Of a stretch of 64,000 nucleotides of DNA, positions 44,573-56,609 are shown one piece after another. Source of the stretch: Chrysomallon squamiferum (Eukaryota > Animalia > Mollusca); NCBI GenBank assembly GCA_012295275.1, contig CM022665.1, positions 21,328,001 to 21,392,000 on the forward strand, written 5' to 3'. The notes under the pieces were generated by a model that was given only the letters and a program-made list of their open reading frames with translations, was not told the DNA's origin and did no database searches. The position numbers and the translations under genes are program-made. Every line of letters starts with the position of its first letter. Positions within the stretch are counted from its first letter, which is position 1.

Positions 44573-45649
44573 GATAATATTAACTTGTTTACCTGTTTTA
44601 AGTCATTATAGACAGTTTCCAAGTGAAATATATCTCAGTCTGTATGCATAATATATCTGTACTAGTTTCACAAAAGGGTATGTTGAAAGATGAGTTATTT
44701 CTGATATGTAATACTCCAGAACAAGCATTTTCTTTATCTGAAAAACCTATTGATGTCATAATGTAATAAAACAAAAACAAAAAACTGTTAAAAACAAACC
44801 TGATTCGCCATTCGACGTTTCACCTTGCATGTTGAGGTCAGCTGGAAATGGACACACGTACGACTTAGGAACAAACCCTTCCTCACCATTTCCTTTGACA
44901 ATCCAGTACCAGTGAGGATCCTCCATGTTTAAAACAGTTACTACCTCCCTGGTCTCGACCGTCACATCGTTTTCATTAGCAGCTTCAAAGTTAAAAACGA
45001 CAGCATAACGTCCGTGTGGATGTTTTTTGAATTCTTTAACAATACAGTCTTGGTCTGGGGCTTTTGACACCAGACGCGAATCATTCTCGTGTAACGGTCC
45101 TGGTTTGAGTTCGGATTTTTCGAAATGAAAGTCTGAATCGTAAAAAGAAGGCGGCGTAAGTGGTCTCTTATGATGGTTTCTCCATGATGTAAGGTATGAT
45201 TTTGGTACATACCCTTCCCGCGCATCTTCCGTGATGACGTAACACCATTCATTATCTTCATACAGAATGTACACCTCCAGACCTTCGTGAACATCAATCT
45301 CTCGATCGGCGCATGCCAGGAAGTCCTGCACGACTACCATTCGAGATTCTGGACTCAAACCATGTTGTTTCTCAAGACCAACACGAACTAAAGTATCTAT
45401 GCTGGCACTTCCTGTAATTCTTCCTAATAAGGCTGAAGAACGATCTGAAATTAATAATAATAATAATATATAGAATATTTTCATTAATATATATAAATGT
45501 ATATAATACCACAGAGTGAAGAACGCTTCCAAGCAGCCCTATCTTTAAAGGGATACGTTTTGATCTGAAGCAAACTATTAAATATTTTGGATGATAATAT
45601 TAATTTGGATGTTAATATAAAATTATTTTTGTGCTTTTCGTTTGTGCCA

Positions 45650-45727
<78 letters not shown>

Positions 45728-45954
45728 GTGAAAATCATGCACACACGGACATAAAAATATCAATACAGTATAGTTAATTCTACGAACAACTCAAAAGCAT
45801 GTGAAGCTTTAATACTGATCGCCAGAACTGTTTTCTCTTTTAATTAGTAACACCACAAGTTTAATGTATTGCAATAAATAGTGTGTATATATGTAAAAAT
45901 ACCTTTCTTTTTCCGTTTTTCTTTTCCCAGTCGACTCGGGCAAAGGAACGCCAT
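43852..45954 (-). CDS. Dlish: Triple-SH3 adaptor, Dlish/Vamana ortholog; exons 45903-45954, 44800 (or 44824)-45444, 43852-44144
   Basis: A 52-nt first exon missed by the ORF track encodes MAFLCPSRLGKEKRKKK. Exon 2 encodes GRITGSASIDTLVRVGLEKQHGLSPESRMVVVQDF... plus SH3-1 and SH3-2 (WYWIVKGNGEEGFVPKSYV). Exon 3 holds SH3-3 (WMWVYSSKLNKCGYVPRHNV). This matches Drosophila Dlish as I recall it (MAFLCP...GRITGSSSIETLVRVGIEKEHGLSPDSKMVVLHDF). All junctions are phase 1. Confidence 0.88.
45652..45716. repeat. (CT)n microsatellite in Dlish intron 1
   Basis: Visible directly. Confidence 0.9.
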
Positions 45955-47083
45955 GTTTGTCGAAATGTCTTAATAGCCGTTGCGGGTGACTTCACAGCTT
46001 TAGATTTTTTTTTTTTTTTTTTTTCCCTACTGGAACAGTTAGCTGCGGGGTATTACAAAGCTTGTTTAATGAGGTTAATTGTTATACAGGTATTTTGTTC
46101 ACCTGCATGTGCAACCAGTTGTTGCATGTTAAGTGTAGAGATAAAATGAATATTTAAGTTGATTTTCTGTAAACGAATTCGTCTGTGTTATTATAATAAT
46201 TATATACATTAAATGTTGAACAAGTAATAATAAAAAGAAGGTATGTATATAAATATGGATAAATATGTCTGTGTGTTTGTGCGTAAGTGTGTGTGTGATC
46301 ACTTTAGTCATTTTGCATTAACATGTGGCCTTTATTTTCACACATATATATAATGTGTGTGTGTGTGTGTCTGTGTGTGCGCACGCGCGAGATCATTTTC
46401 TAAATAATATAATATTTTGTGCAGAGAGCATTATAGAATATTATTTGTAATGAGACGTACACACATATAGTAAGCTTCTTAGCGACTTCTTTTCAACCTT
46501 ATAAAAACTTAAAAGCAGAGAAATAATATGATGTGGAAATATGGTGGCCGTTAATTCCTCCTCTTGTCGTCCTTAATAACTTTACTTCTTACATAGAAAT
46601 ATAATAATAACAACAACATTAACAACAATACCAACAACAAATCAACAACCGCAGCAGTAATAATAATTATAATAGCAATAACATAAATAATAACAACAAT
46701 AATAAAATACAACAGAAAACAACAAAACAAAATAGTTAATAAACACATTTATGCAGCATCTTTGTAATAACTTAATATTCAATGTGTGTTGATAATTAAT
46801 CAAAAGTTAATAGGTAATTCAGTGCTTTTGTTATTTAACGATAAGCACTTAGAGTAACATTCTTGGATTAATGTGTGTTATAACTGCTAATGCAGACAAA
46901 AACGTTGTTTAACAAAATATACCAGATAACGTTTTTATTTTTTGAACATATATTTTTAATTTTTTTTGTGTGAACAGGATGAGGACAGAAGATTAAACTG
47001 AATATTATAAATAATTAAATGGTAAATGATAATAAATTTTAGTCACAGACTAATAATATATTCAGTGGAGAAATATATAAAAT

Positions 47084-50000
47084 TTAGTTGAAACTATCAT
47101 GAAACCTCGGATGATGAAGCTGACGTCCTACCGGAGACGTTCTAGTTTCAAATGGAGGCCAAGAGGCCCTCTTCCTGATTATGTCATCATCTTGTTTTTG
47201 AGTATTTTGCAGACGTGATCTGGATTTGGCCAGTTTCATTTTCGACACATTCGAACGCTTGTGCATAACGGAAATTTTAATATTAAAATCATCAGCTGGC
47301 GGGTTTCCTCTGTCGTCACCGTGGATGATGATGGAAAGCACACCGCCAGAGTAAACCGCGTCGGAGCGAAGGTGTACAGGAATGTGCGATTTGGGACTTA
47401 AAAACCTTGGCTTTCGATCGGAAAGCTGATGTGTCATATTGATGTTGGGAAGACTTGACTGTTCTCCTGTGGCCTTCCGATTTTCTTCTTCAGTACTATC
47501 ATCAGTTTCGTTGTCTTCATTTTGATCTAGCTGTGGTACACTCTCTTCTGGTGATTCTACTTCAGTAGACTTCTTGCCAGAACATAAAGAGCCATTGTCA
47601 TTGAAATTTCTGCTTTCTTCGGGCAGTTTATGTCTCTGATATAAATTCTCCAATGCATTACTATCGGACGTTTCTTGATTATTGTTGTTAATTACCTTTT
47701 GTGAAAGACTGCTCACCTTTTTTGTTAAACTGGTTTCACTAGAATCCGGTTTCGAATAAGCTGCGTTATTTGAATCTCGGTCAGGGCTGATACCCTGGGA
47801 TGGGCGAATAGTACTTTCCTTGTTTGTTTTTGAATAATGACTCGATCGATTTTGATCTGTACGGATATTTTGCAATTTTCTGATCAGGTCTTCTTTTTTC
47901 ATCGGTGCTCGTTCCTTTAGAGAGCAGAGTTTTTCCATTGAAATCGTTTCTGCAGGTCTGAATTTCACCTGTCTGTTACAATTCTTTTGAAACAGTTTCT
48001 TGGCGGGCTGTTTCTGCGATTTATTCGTTCCTCTTGGCATCACTTCTCCATTTATATTTGTCAGTTCTAAATCCATACGCCCACTTTTGATATGATTTTG
48101 AAGAGCCTGTGTATTGTTTGGGTTTTCACACAAAGTTAGCGCCGTGTTTTCAGGTTCATAACTTTTGATTAAACATTTTTGAATTTTCCATTTGACACTT
48201 TCTGGGCCTTTCTGAGTGTCATGAGGCTTTTTTCGTTTCACTGACTGACTTTCGTCATCATTTGTTAATGAATCTTTTCGTTTTTCTTTTGATATTCCAT
48301 TTTCTAATACAGTATTCCCTTTCGCTGGTTTGCTGGATGAGAAACATTTACTGTTTTTCTGATTACTACTGCTATCTTTTGACTTTCTCTCACTGATATT
48401 CTCTTTGCTTTTATCTTTCGTTTGCGAATCTAAACCGCTGATATCTTTGCTGTTGAATCCAACATTTTCGCACAAGACAGCCGAAGAGCTAGCTGGATGA
48501 TTTTCTTTACTGTTCGAAATTTCATGGTCCAGTGAATAATCATTCATCCTTGTTGCTAAAACACAGTTGCAACAATTGGAACCAGTAACAATGTTTTGAT
48601 CACAATTCAACTCATGGCTGACTGGGATTTGGTCCTGTAATTGTACCAAATATACATTTGAAAGACAGGTATTATCTGGTAAATGACATGACGCAGTACT
48701 TTCCGGAGGTATTTTCTGCAAATATTCAGAAGGGCCTTGTTCTGTATTGCACGGCTGTATCGGATACTGGCAACTACAGACTGTATTCATACAGGTTTCA
48801 GGTTGATGTTCAAGTTGCATTTGTTTTAGTTGTCGATGTTTTGAAGAAGAAGAAATGATTTTTCTATCGTTTGAATCACACGTTTGCTGTGAAGGATAAC
48901 AAGTCCTCGAAGAATGGGATTCGGGTGTATCTGACGAGGAGATGTTCGTTACATTCGATTTGCCGTCAGCATGCGCTGTTAGAAGTCCATCGTTCTGGAC
49001 CAAACAGTTGATATACTGTTTAGGCTGACCTTCAGTTATCACTCTCTGTACTAATGAGCAACTGACGTCACATTCTTTTGTCTGTCCCGTTTTGCTTGGT
49101 GAACATGTTTCCGTATCGCCATTGTTCAGCGGCATAAACCTAGTTTCTTCAGCGATCAGTAACTGGTTACTGTGCACCTGCATTACACAGGGGCATGCTC
49201 TCACTGTGTGTCTTTCTTTACACGAACATTCACCTGACAAACCTTTACCAACATTCTGTGCTATCTGAATAGCGTTTGGAGAATTATGACCAATATGACC
49301 ATGTTGTCTCTCACAAGAAAGTGACTGCTTGCGTATCGTGGAAATATCAGATGCTGATCTAGAGGTGTCTAAGTTATTTTTTAGCTCGTGTTTATCTTGG
49401 GTTGATTTTTCTGGTATTTTTAAGCTTGCATTTGAAATTCGTACAACCATGTCTTCAGCGTTGTTCTGAATTCCGTGACATGGCGACAGACAGGTAGTCA
49501 TGTTACCTACCATATGACCAATCGCAGTATTATTTACGATACAACCAGGCGGTTTTGTACTCATATATATCATTTCATCATGACTCCTGAAAATACATTT
49601 TTCATCGTGTTTCCTTACCGAACATGATGTTGTTGTCGGTGCAGTATCACCACTCACTGGAATATGGCAACATATCCGTTGTGTTTCCCTGGTTGTGTCC
49701 CTTGAACTGAAACTGATCGTTACATTGCGACTTCCGGAAATATAAGTCCTGTCTGTTCGCGTAAAGTGGCTAACGGATTTTTCATTTTCTGTCTTGTTTT
49801 GGCGAGGCTTGCTTCTGTTACTGTTTTGCATATCAGAACTGTTGAGAAATGTGGGGTCGCTCTTTTCGTTTCGTCTGCTTGCAAAATCGTAGTTTTTATT
49901 AATGATTTCTGTACTGTTATTTTCAAAACAATCGACTGACCTGTGGGACAGTTTGTTTACAGGGTCCCCATTCACATCTCTTTCTTTATCTGATATATCG

Positions 50001-50260
50001 TTGGTTCCCACGTTTGGGGAACCGTTATGAACATCACCGTCGTCATCCTTACGAATTAGCTCTTCAGGCGAAGAAACATTATGCGTGCGTGTTGTTGACG
50101 ATACTTCTGACGAATGCGCCGATAAAGAGAATGCAGCATTTACGGAAGATGTTGATGATGATGCAGAAATGGAAGAAGAAGTTCGGATCGAACAAAACTT
50201 TTGCTCGGAACGTAATTCCTGTTCGCTAGAATTTGACATTTGCGCAGCATATATCGGCAT
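47084..50260 (-). CDS. Uncharacterised ~1058-aa Ser/Asn/Lys-rich, partly Cys-rich protein; apparently single-exon
   Basis: A 3.2-kb stop-free frame with higher GC than its flanks. The first ATG is at 50260, with an in-frame TGA a few codons upstream (the track's 50266 start is TTG). TAA at 47084; AATAAA on the minus strand at ~46934-46939. No domain recognised. Confidence 0.8.
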   Translation of the reverse strand: MPIYAAQMSNSSEQELRSEQKFCSIRTSSSISASSSTSSVNAAFSLSAHSSEVSSTTRTHNVSSPEELIRKDDDGDVHNGSPNVGTNDISDKERDVNGDPVNKLSHRSVDCFENNSTEIINKNYDFASRRNEKSDPTFLNSSDMQNSNRSKPRQNKTENEKSVSHFTRTDRTYISGSRNVTISFSSRDTTRETQRICCHIPVSGDTAPTTTSCSVRKHDEKCIFRSHDEMIYMSTKPPGCIVNNTAIGHMVGNMTTCLSPCHGIQNNAEDMVVRISNASLKIPEKSTQDKHELKNNLDTSRSASDISTIRKQSLSCERQHGHIGHNSPNAIQIAQNVGKGLSGECSCKERHTVRACPCVMQVHSNQLLIAEETRFMPLNNGDTETCSPSKTGQTKECDVSCSLVQRVITEGQPKQYINCLVQNDGLLTAHADGKSNVTNISSSDTPESHSSRTCYPSQQTCDSNDRKIISSSSKHRQLKQMQLEHQPETCMNTVCSCQYPIQPCNTEQGPSEYLQKIPPESTASCHLPDNTCLSNVYLVQLQDQIPVSHELNCDQNIVTGSNCCNCVLATRMNDYSLDHEISNSKENHPASSSAVLCENVGFNSKDISGLDSQTKDKSKENISERKSKDSSSNQKNSKCFSSSKPAKGNTVLENGISKEKRKDSLTNDDESQSVKRKKPHDTQKGPESVKWKIQKCLIKSYEPENTALTLCENPNNTQALQNHIKSGRMDLELTNINGEVMPRGTNKSQKQPAKKLFQKNCNRQVKFRPAETISMEKLCSLKERAPMKKEDLIRKLQNIRTDQNRSSHYSKTNKESTIRPSQGISPDRDSNNAAYSKPDSSETSLTKKVSSLSQKVINNNNQETSDSNALENLYQRHKLPEESRNFNDNGSLCSGKKSTEVESPEESVPQLDQNEDNETDDSTEEENRKATGEQSSLPNINMTHQLSDRKPRFLSPKSHIPVHLRSDAVYSGGVLSIIIHGDDRGNPPADDFNIKISVMHKRSNVSKMKLAKSRSRLQNTQKQDDDIIRKRASWPPFETRTSPVGRQLHHPRFHDSFN

Positions 50261-50464
50261 TGGCAAATTTATTTTAGTTCATCATTCAAGTGTTTTCACA
50301 TAATCAAATTATGATAAGAATAAATTGTCTCTGTTTCGTTATTTCACAAATCCATTCATTATCATCATACTGATTTAATGAATTTGCATTCATATTACAC
50401 GTGATACGGCCTTCACATCATTGTTATAATCACACACAAGATTAACCTTCTGTGCACAATTCAG

Positions 50465-50472
50465 TGACGTCA
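50465..50472. promoter_or_regulatory. Palindromic CRE (TGACGTCA) ~205 nt upstream of the large ORF
   Basis: Exact 8-mer within a small CpG-rich patch (50460-50500) that also contains GTCACGGTAAC, an X-box-like sequence. Confidence 0.4.
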
Positions 50473-51594
50473 TAATTCCGCGATACCGTCACGGTAACCA
50501 CAATACTATTCATAGACATCAATTAATGTCTCCAATTTCATCGAATTACAAAACAACAACAACAACAACAACAAAAAACAATAGCTGGAAAAAATAAAAT
50601 TAATAAAATAAATAACTTAAAAAATTAATAAACTGTAAATCAAATTTAAAAAAAAAAAAAAAAATGAAAGAAAGAAAAAAAAATAATTTGTTCAGTTTAT
50701 GCTGGAAAGATAGAGAAATCCTTTTTATCGAATAGCTGGCTAGTATTATATATCTATCTCTATATATATATATGCCCATTTATACATCTACATAAAACCA
50801 AACTTTGTTAGTTATACCACGATTTGAGAAAATAATCGATTAAGATTGGCCAATCAATTCATTTTGGAGGGTATAAATCTGTAATACATAGTTTACAAAA
50901 TCATTCAGACACGTTGACAGCCTCATATTTGGGGTTTTCAATAATGTTTTAGTTTCACATATTCATATATGTAGATGTAGACCATAATAATACTCATTAA
51001 AAATTTTAATATGATTAAATTTTCAATACTGATTGATTTTAATTTTATCATATCGATTCGATGATCGTTCGCTAATGATTTCATAAAGAGAACTGAATTT
51101 CTTGGAATAATTCTTATCGACGACATAATATCTACAGGTAAACTAAACATTTTATTTAAATTTTTAACTACAGAAATTAATCATAAACGAAAGTTTTGCA
51201 ACCTAATTTTTACGTCATAACTAATTCTTTAGTTGTATATTTTTTTTATTTTTATTTATTAGATTAAATTTGTGAAATTTCATTTAATATTGTTGTTATA
51301 TTTAACACACAACTGATATTAAATTTTATTTATTATTTTTATATAAAAGTTAATGGAATTTTGGAAATAGACGTTGTACAGTCGTGAAAATTAATTTACT
51401 GTCAGTCTATGTTGGTGTCTGAAGGTTATCCACACAAACAAAATGGTACTGTTTACCTACACACTACTTATAACTATGCTGGTTGAAAATAGTTCAAACT
51501 GATTCACATTTTGTTTTTAGTAGGGTTTTTTTGTTGTTGTTTCTTTTCTTTTCTTTCTTTGTTTTTCTTTTTGTTGTTTTGCTGGTTTTGTTTG

Positions 51595-51653
<59 letters not shown>

Positions 51654-52329
51654 AGCTAGCTAGCTAGCTGTCTGTATCTATCAGTCTATAAATCTATCTT
51701 TTTTATTTATTTATTCATTTATTTATTTACACACACACACACACACATATGCATACATGCATACATTCACTGGAGGATTTTTTTTCATGATTTCTCAATT
51801 TTATGATAAATATGAATTTTGTCAAGTGACTTTTATGAATTTTTTGAATTGGCAGTTAATGTATATATATTTACAGGGTGGGTTCGTTCAACAGTCCACT
51901 TATACATACTGAATAAAAGATTGTATGTTTATTTTGAGTTATGACATTTTTACATTCGCGACTGCTTTTATTTCTGAAGTAGGCAAACTGAAAAATGAAA
52001 TTAGTACTTTTATCTCCTAATTAATCTACTAATAGCAGTAACAGTAGTAGTAACAGCAGCAGCAATAATAGTAGAAGTAATAGTAACAGCAGCAACAGCA
52101 GCAATAGTAATAGTAACAGCAAAACAGTACTGGTAGCAGTAGTATTAGTAGCAGTAACAGCAGCAGCAGCAGCAGCATTATTAGTGGTAACAATAGTAGT
52201 GTTAAATAATAGAATCCCTATAATTTATATATTATATATACTGGTACTGTTGCTGCTGCTGCTACTACTACTATTTTAATCCACTGTTATTATTACTATT
52301 ATTATTAGTAGTAGTGGTAGTAGTAGTAG

Positions 52330-52367
<38 letters not shown>

Positions 52368-53125
52368 GCTGCTGTTGTTGTTGTTTATGAAAAATATGAT
52401 TACAGTTTAACTGGTACGTATAATGACAACAGTGATGTTTCTATGTTAGAGTCTATAATGGTATTCATTTAGTGTCACTGACTTTGTTAATACGATTATA
52501 AGAGAATTTTACAAACCCCTGAAATCAGTGTCACCCTAAGTGTCTGATGGTTTTCACTAACAACCAGGTAAATATATTGCATTTTGCACCTGAATTGCTT
52601 TTCCCCACGGAGAGATACACTAAATGTGCGAGATAAGCCGTGACACGCCTAATGGAGGTTTTAAGCACGAGGTTTAAGGTCCACTGGGACAAAATTTTCA
52701 CTCAGCCGTTTTAATGCGTTTCCGTTTATTTATAACCAATCTATTACGTTTTTCCCTTGGTTTCTTTCTGACGTGTGACGTATGCATGGGGTCTGCGTTG
52801 TGGTCACACCCTAGCAATTTAAACTGCCGTTAAATGATGGTTTGTACGTGTTTAATAACAGCTTCGTTCAATGAACGCAATCCAGAAAATCGCGCCTTAC
52901 GTCGTCCGCTCGGCGCGTGGCAGACGTGTGCTTTTGTTTCAAAAGGAAGCGATGTAGAAATACGATCTCCCCAGCGGGTAGAAATTGACAAAGAAATTAC
53001 CGTTTGCATTAACACTATAAGTATTTTAGAAATTAATTTATATACCGTTGGAATAGAATTTATAAGGATGGCTCGTGAAACTAATTCTAGTAGTGAAAGA
53101 AACTTCGACAACAGAACACTGAGAC

Positions 53126-53976
53126 ATGGTTCCGTGGGTTGATTTTGAAACTTTCGTATCTGAAAAATCTTTATCCAAACCGCATACAAAAAGATTTCGA
53201 CGTCATATCCCTCACTCAGAGCGCCCGACGGAATTTGTACGCAAACGGAACGAGCGTGAAAGAGTGCGGGTGGAAAAGGTGAATGCAGCATTTGAAAGTC
53301 TCCGCGATCGAATCCCAAATATGAAAAACGAAGAGAAAACCTCCAAAGTGGCCATACTGAAACATGCAGCACGATACATTAATTTTTTGTCTACACTTCT
53401 GCTAACTGAAACCCAGATAGACGACCAGAAGTCAGTAAGCAGTGAAAATATATATCCTATCTCACAGTATCGTCACGTGCCAGGACATCAGACGATGGAG
53501 TACCAAAACCGTAATGTCATGCCTGGAAATGAGCACGTATACAGAACAGTAAGTCACTTTTTTTTTTCTTTTTTTTTTTTTTTATCCAGTCTAATTAACA
53601 AAATTATAAAGATGAACATCATGTTATTAGGAATGAAAAAAGTGCAATCTGCAAAATTCTTTATTTAAAACATCATACGATTTTTATAAACATCAGTGAG
53701 AGACAGAAACAAACAGAAATAGAGGAGTGTGTATATATAAAAAAAACAGTTAATTTATTTATAAACAGTTACCGATTTGACTACATTCTTTTCTACCAGC
53801 AGTAATAATCAACTTTGTTCATTATTATTATTATTATTATTATTTTATTATTATTAATTAATTTATTTATTTTGTAGGAAACCACGTCGTCCTGTCGATA
53901 TGAAGGTTATCAGAATGGTCCAGCTGAAACAATTATACCTGATTGTTCATTTAAATCGTGTTACTTTACACATTAA
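53126..53976 (+). CDS. Achaete-scute-like group A bHLH transcription factor, 173 aa, 2 exons (53126-53548, 53878-53976)
   Basis: The bHLH domain is RKRNERERVRVEKVNAAFESLRDRIP...KTSKVAILKHAARYINFL, preceded by RHIPHSERP. Donor ACA|gtaagt and acceptor tttgtag|GAA are both phase 0. An in-frame stop lies two codons before the ATG. Confidence 0.88.
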
Positions 53977-55465
53977 CAACTTTCTCTAAGTCTTATATTT
54001 CATTTTTTATTTTATTATTATTTCTTAAAATTTCTTAATCTATTTCTTACTGTATTCTTATATATAGACTATTTATACACTTTACTCAAAGCCTGTCGGT
54101 TTCAAAATCAGTGTTCAGCGGAATGGGATACCCCCCCCCAAAAAAAAAAAACCGGAGAATATTCATTCTAAATGGAAAAACTTGGTAACAAGAAGACACG
54201 AACATCAATATTCCTGATTCAAGACATTTTCAATTTATTATTTAATTATTTATTTTTTTTAATGATTAAACCAATGTATTCCAGTATCTCTGTTTGTCGA
54301 ATTGACATATAATTATTGTTTCACAATAATTTAAATTTCGGTTGAAGTTGGTAGTACTTACCTCCATTTTGCTTTCGATCCAACAAAAAAGTTGGATTAA
54401 ATTCATATATTATATATATTTGTTGTACATGTGTTATTTCTCGATATATATTTTTTCTTAACTTTTAAATCTTATCTGTCTCTCCATCAGTTTGTCACGT
54501 TTTGTAAATAAAATATAAAAAAGACCAAAATATTGTTTGTTTGGTTCTTTTAACATAAATTTATGTTCATTATTATTATTATTATTATTTTTTTTTTTTT
54601 TTTTTTTTGTATTGTTGTTGTTATTGTAGTCAATGATAATAACTGCAGAAAATTATATTTATAATCGTCACAGTAACATTTGAAGTACTTATACGTAGCT
54701 AAAGAGTAAAAGTTAGCAACTCTAATAGAAACAGTAGAAGATGTAGTAAATGTAGAAATAGAAATATCATTTAGAAGTGTAGTTGTTATTAGAAATGGAA
54801 ATAGTATTAGACACTGCATTTAAAAATTAATACAGGATATTCAGATTGATCAGTTCGTTATACATCACAAATTATTCTTATAATTTAATCTTTTATTTAT
54901 ATATGTAGATAGTTCATAAAGTACTGTCATATAAATTTTACTATATATTTAACATGCGTTGGTTTCAAAATCACGATACATTACGGAGAGGAGTTACAAT
55001 GTAAAAACGGAGAATATTCTTCCAAAAGTTAAGTAAATACGTATATTTAAATTGTTTATGTTATTTAATGAATGTTTGCTGAGTAATAAGGGTTAATTTA
55101 ATTCAATACCTAAAGAACAATAAACATCTGATGGAATGGAAAAAAAATGAACGTGCTAATCAGAGCAAGCTGTTGTGAAGCACGTCTGCGACGGGCACGC
55201 TTTCTGACAGGTCAGCGGGCGTGTCCGTCGCAGAAAAGAATGGGTTCTCGCCACGATTGCAGGACACAAGGGAGTGTCCAGCATATCGGATCGTAACGAG
55301 TCGGTACCGATGTTTCGCAGCCGCAATTCGCCCCCCCCCGTGATTTCCGGCACAATCTCTCAGCCATCACCGGGTCCGTGTTGTTTGCCGTCCTGGTTGT
55401 TCTGCTCTTCGCTGCTGTTGTTGTTTCTTTTTGGCTGCTTCCTTCTGGTCCACGTAGTCCAAACC

Positions 55466-55626
55466 TTTTTTTTTTTTTTTTTTTGCCAATGGTCTTTTTA
55501 TTGTTTTAAAAGATATTATAAAAACCTGCAACTAAAACAAATAAGAACATAAATGTAGTTAGCTTATTTACATTTTATTTTAATTTAAAAGATGTTATAA
55601 ATCCTGCATCTAGGACTAGGAATATG

Positions 55627-55661
<35 letters not shown>

Positions 55662-56609
55662 ATTAGTTAAATTATATAAAAAAAAAAAATTGAAATAAGA
55701 CACCATAACCGGGTTAGTAGTGTCTGAAAGTGGGTTCGTATAGTATGTTTATCATTTTTTAATTATTAATTTAATTGGCCATTCAAATTGATTCGTCAAT
55801 CAGCCGATCCATCCGTAGATCCATCAGCTGTTCAACCAATCAGTCCGCAAGTCAATAGATTTATATAATTGTTGTTTGTTTTCGTGTCAAAAAAAAAAAA
55901 AAACAGTTTAAAGTTTGTGTTTTGTGTTGAGAATGTAATTTGTTACTACAGCGAGGACTAACTCTCTCTGTCTTTCATGTTTGGTGCCAGGATGTGTTGG
56001 AGCGTGAACTCGATTTTTAGCTCCTCCAGTGTATTGCGTAGTGCTTGTCTTTCCTTGGCAAAATTTGGACAGTGAAACAAGTAGTGTTTCATGGTTTCTG
56101 AGAGTCCACAACTGCAGTTGGGTGATGTGGTGATGTTATGTTTGTATCGAATTGCGTTTAGGTTGTTTGAGTAACTAATTCTGGCTTTGGTGAGATTGTT
56201 GTTATGTAGTTTGTTGGCGAGTGTGATTTTGGGTGTTTTGGCGAGTGGTTTGATGTTTAAGTGCCATTTGTTTTTGGTGTTGTTCCATTCGTTTTGCCAT
56301 TGTTTGTCGTAATGTTTGGCAGCGATGGAGACAATTTCGTTTATTCCGTAATGTATGTCTGTGCAGATGTCTTCGTCTTTAATGCTGAGTGACTCTTTGG
56401 CATAATGGTCGGCAAGTTCGTTGCCGATGATGCCGACGTGTTCTGGGAGCCACTCGATGAATAGTTCTTTCTTGTTGTGTTGTATTTCCTCGTGTAGTTG
56501 TTGTATTTTGCTGAGCAGGTCTGGTCTGCTGGAACTTCCGGATTGTATTGAGATCACGGAACTTAGACTGTCCGAGAATATGACTGTGTGTTTGTTGTTG
56601 TTGTGTTTT
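55466..56609 (-). mobile_element. 5'-truncated non-LTR retrotransposon (RNase H-containing, I-group/Nimb-like): RNase H C-terminal half, Cys-His motif, 3' UTR, poly(A)
   Basis: Minus-strand translation gives ...HTVIFSDSLSSVISI...FIEWLPEHVGIIGNELADHYAK (RNase H motifs), then CSCGLSETMKHYLFHCP (C-terminal Cys-His motif of LINE ORF2). AATAAA near 55500 is followed ~12 nt later by an A-run of ~18 (T-run at 55466-55483 on the plus strand). Confidence 0.85.

Noticed and set aside
45955-47140. Large 1058-aa ORF as an N-terminal extension spliced onto Dlish
   Set aside because: Dlish exon 1 has an in-frame TAA upstream of its ATG. The best donor-like site near the ORF end (CCG|GTAGGA) is phase 0 whereas Dlish exon 2 needs phase 1. 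The ORF also has its own stop and AATAAA. Only cDNA could exclude it fully.
52030-52385. Apparent inverted arrangement of (AGC/AGT)n and (GCT/ACT)n tracts around a TA-rich centre
   Set aside because: The arms are low-complexity and imperfect, so it cannot be distinguished from adjacent independent microsatellites.
52830-53372. 180-aa minus-strand ORF overlapping the bHLH gene
   Set aside because: Antisense shadow of the GC-richer bHLH exon and promoter; no recognisable domain.
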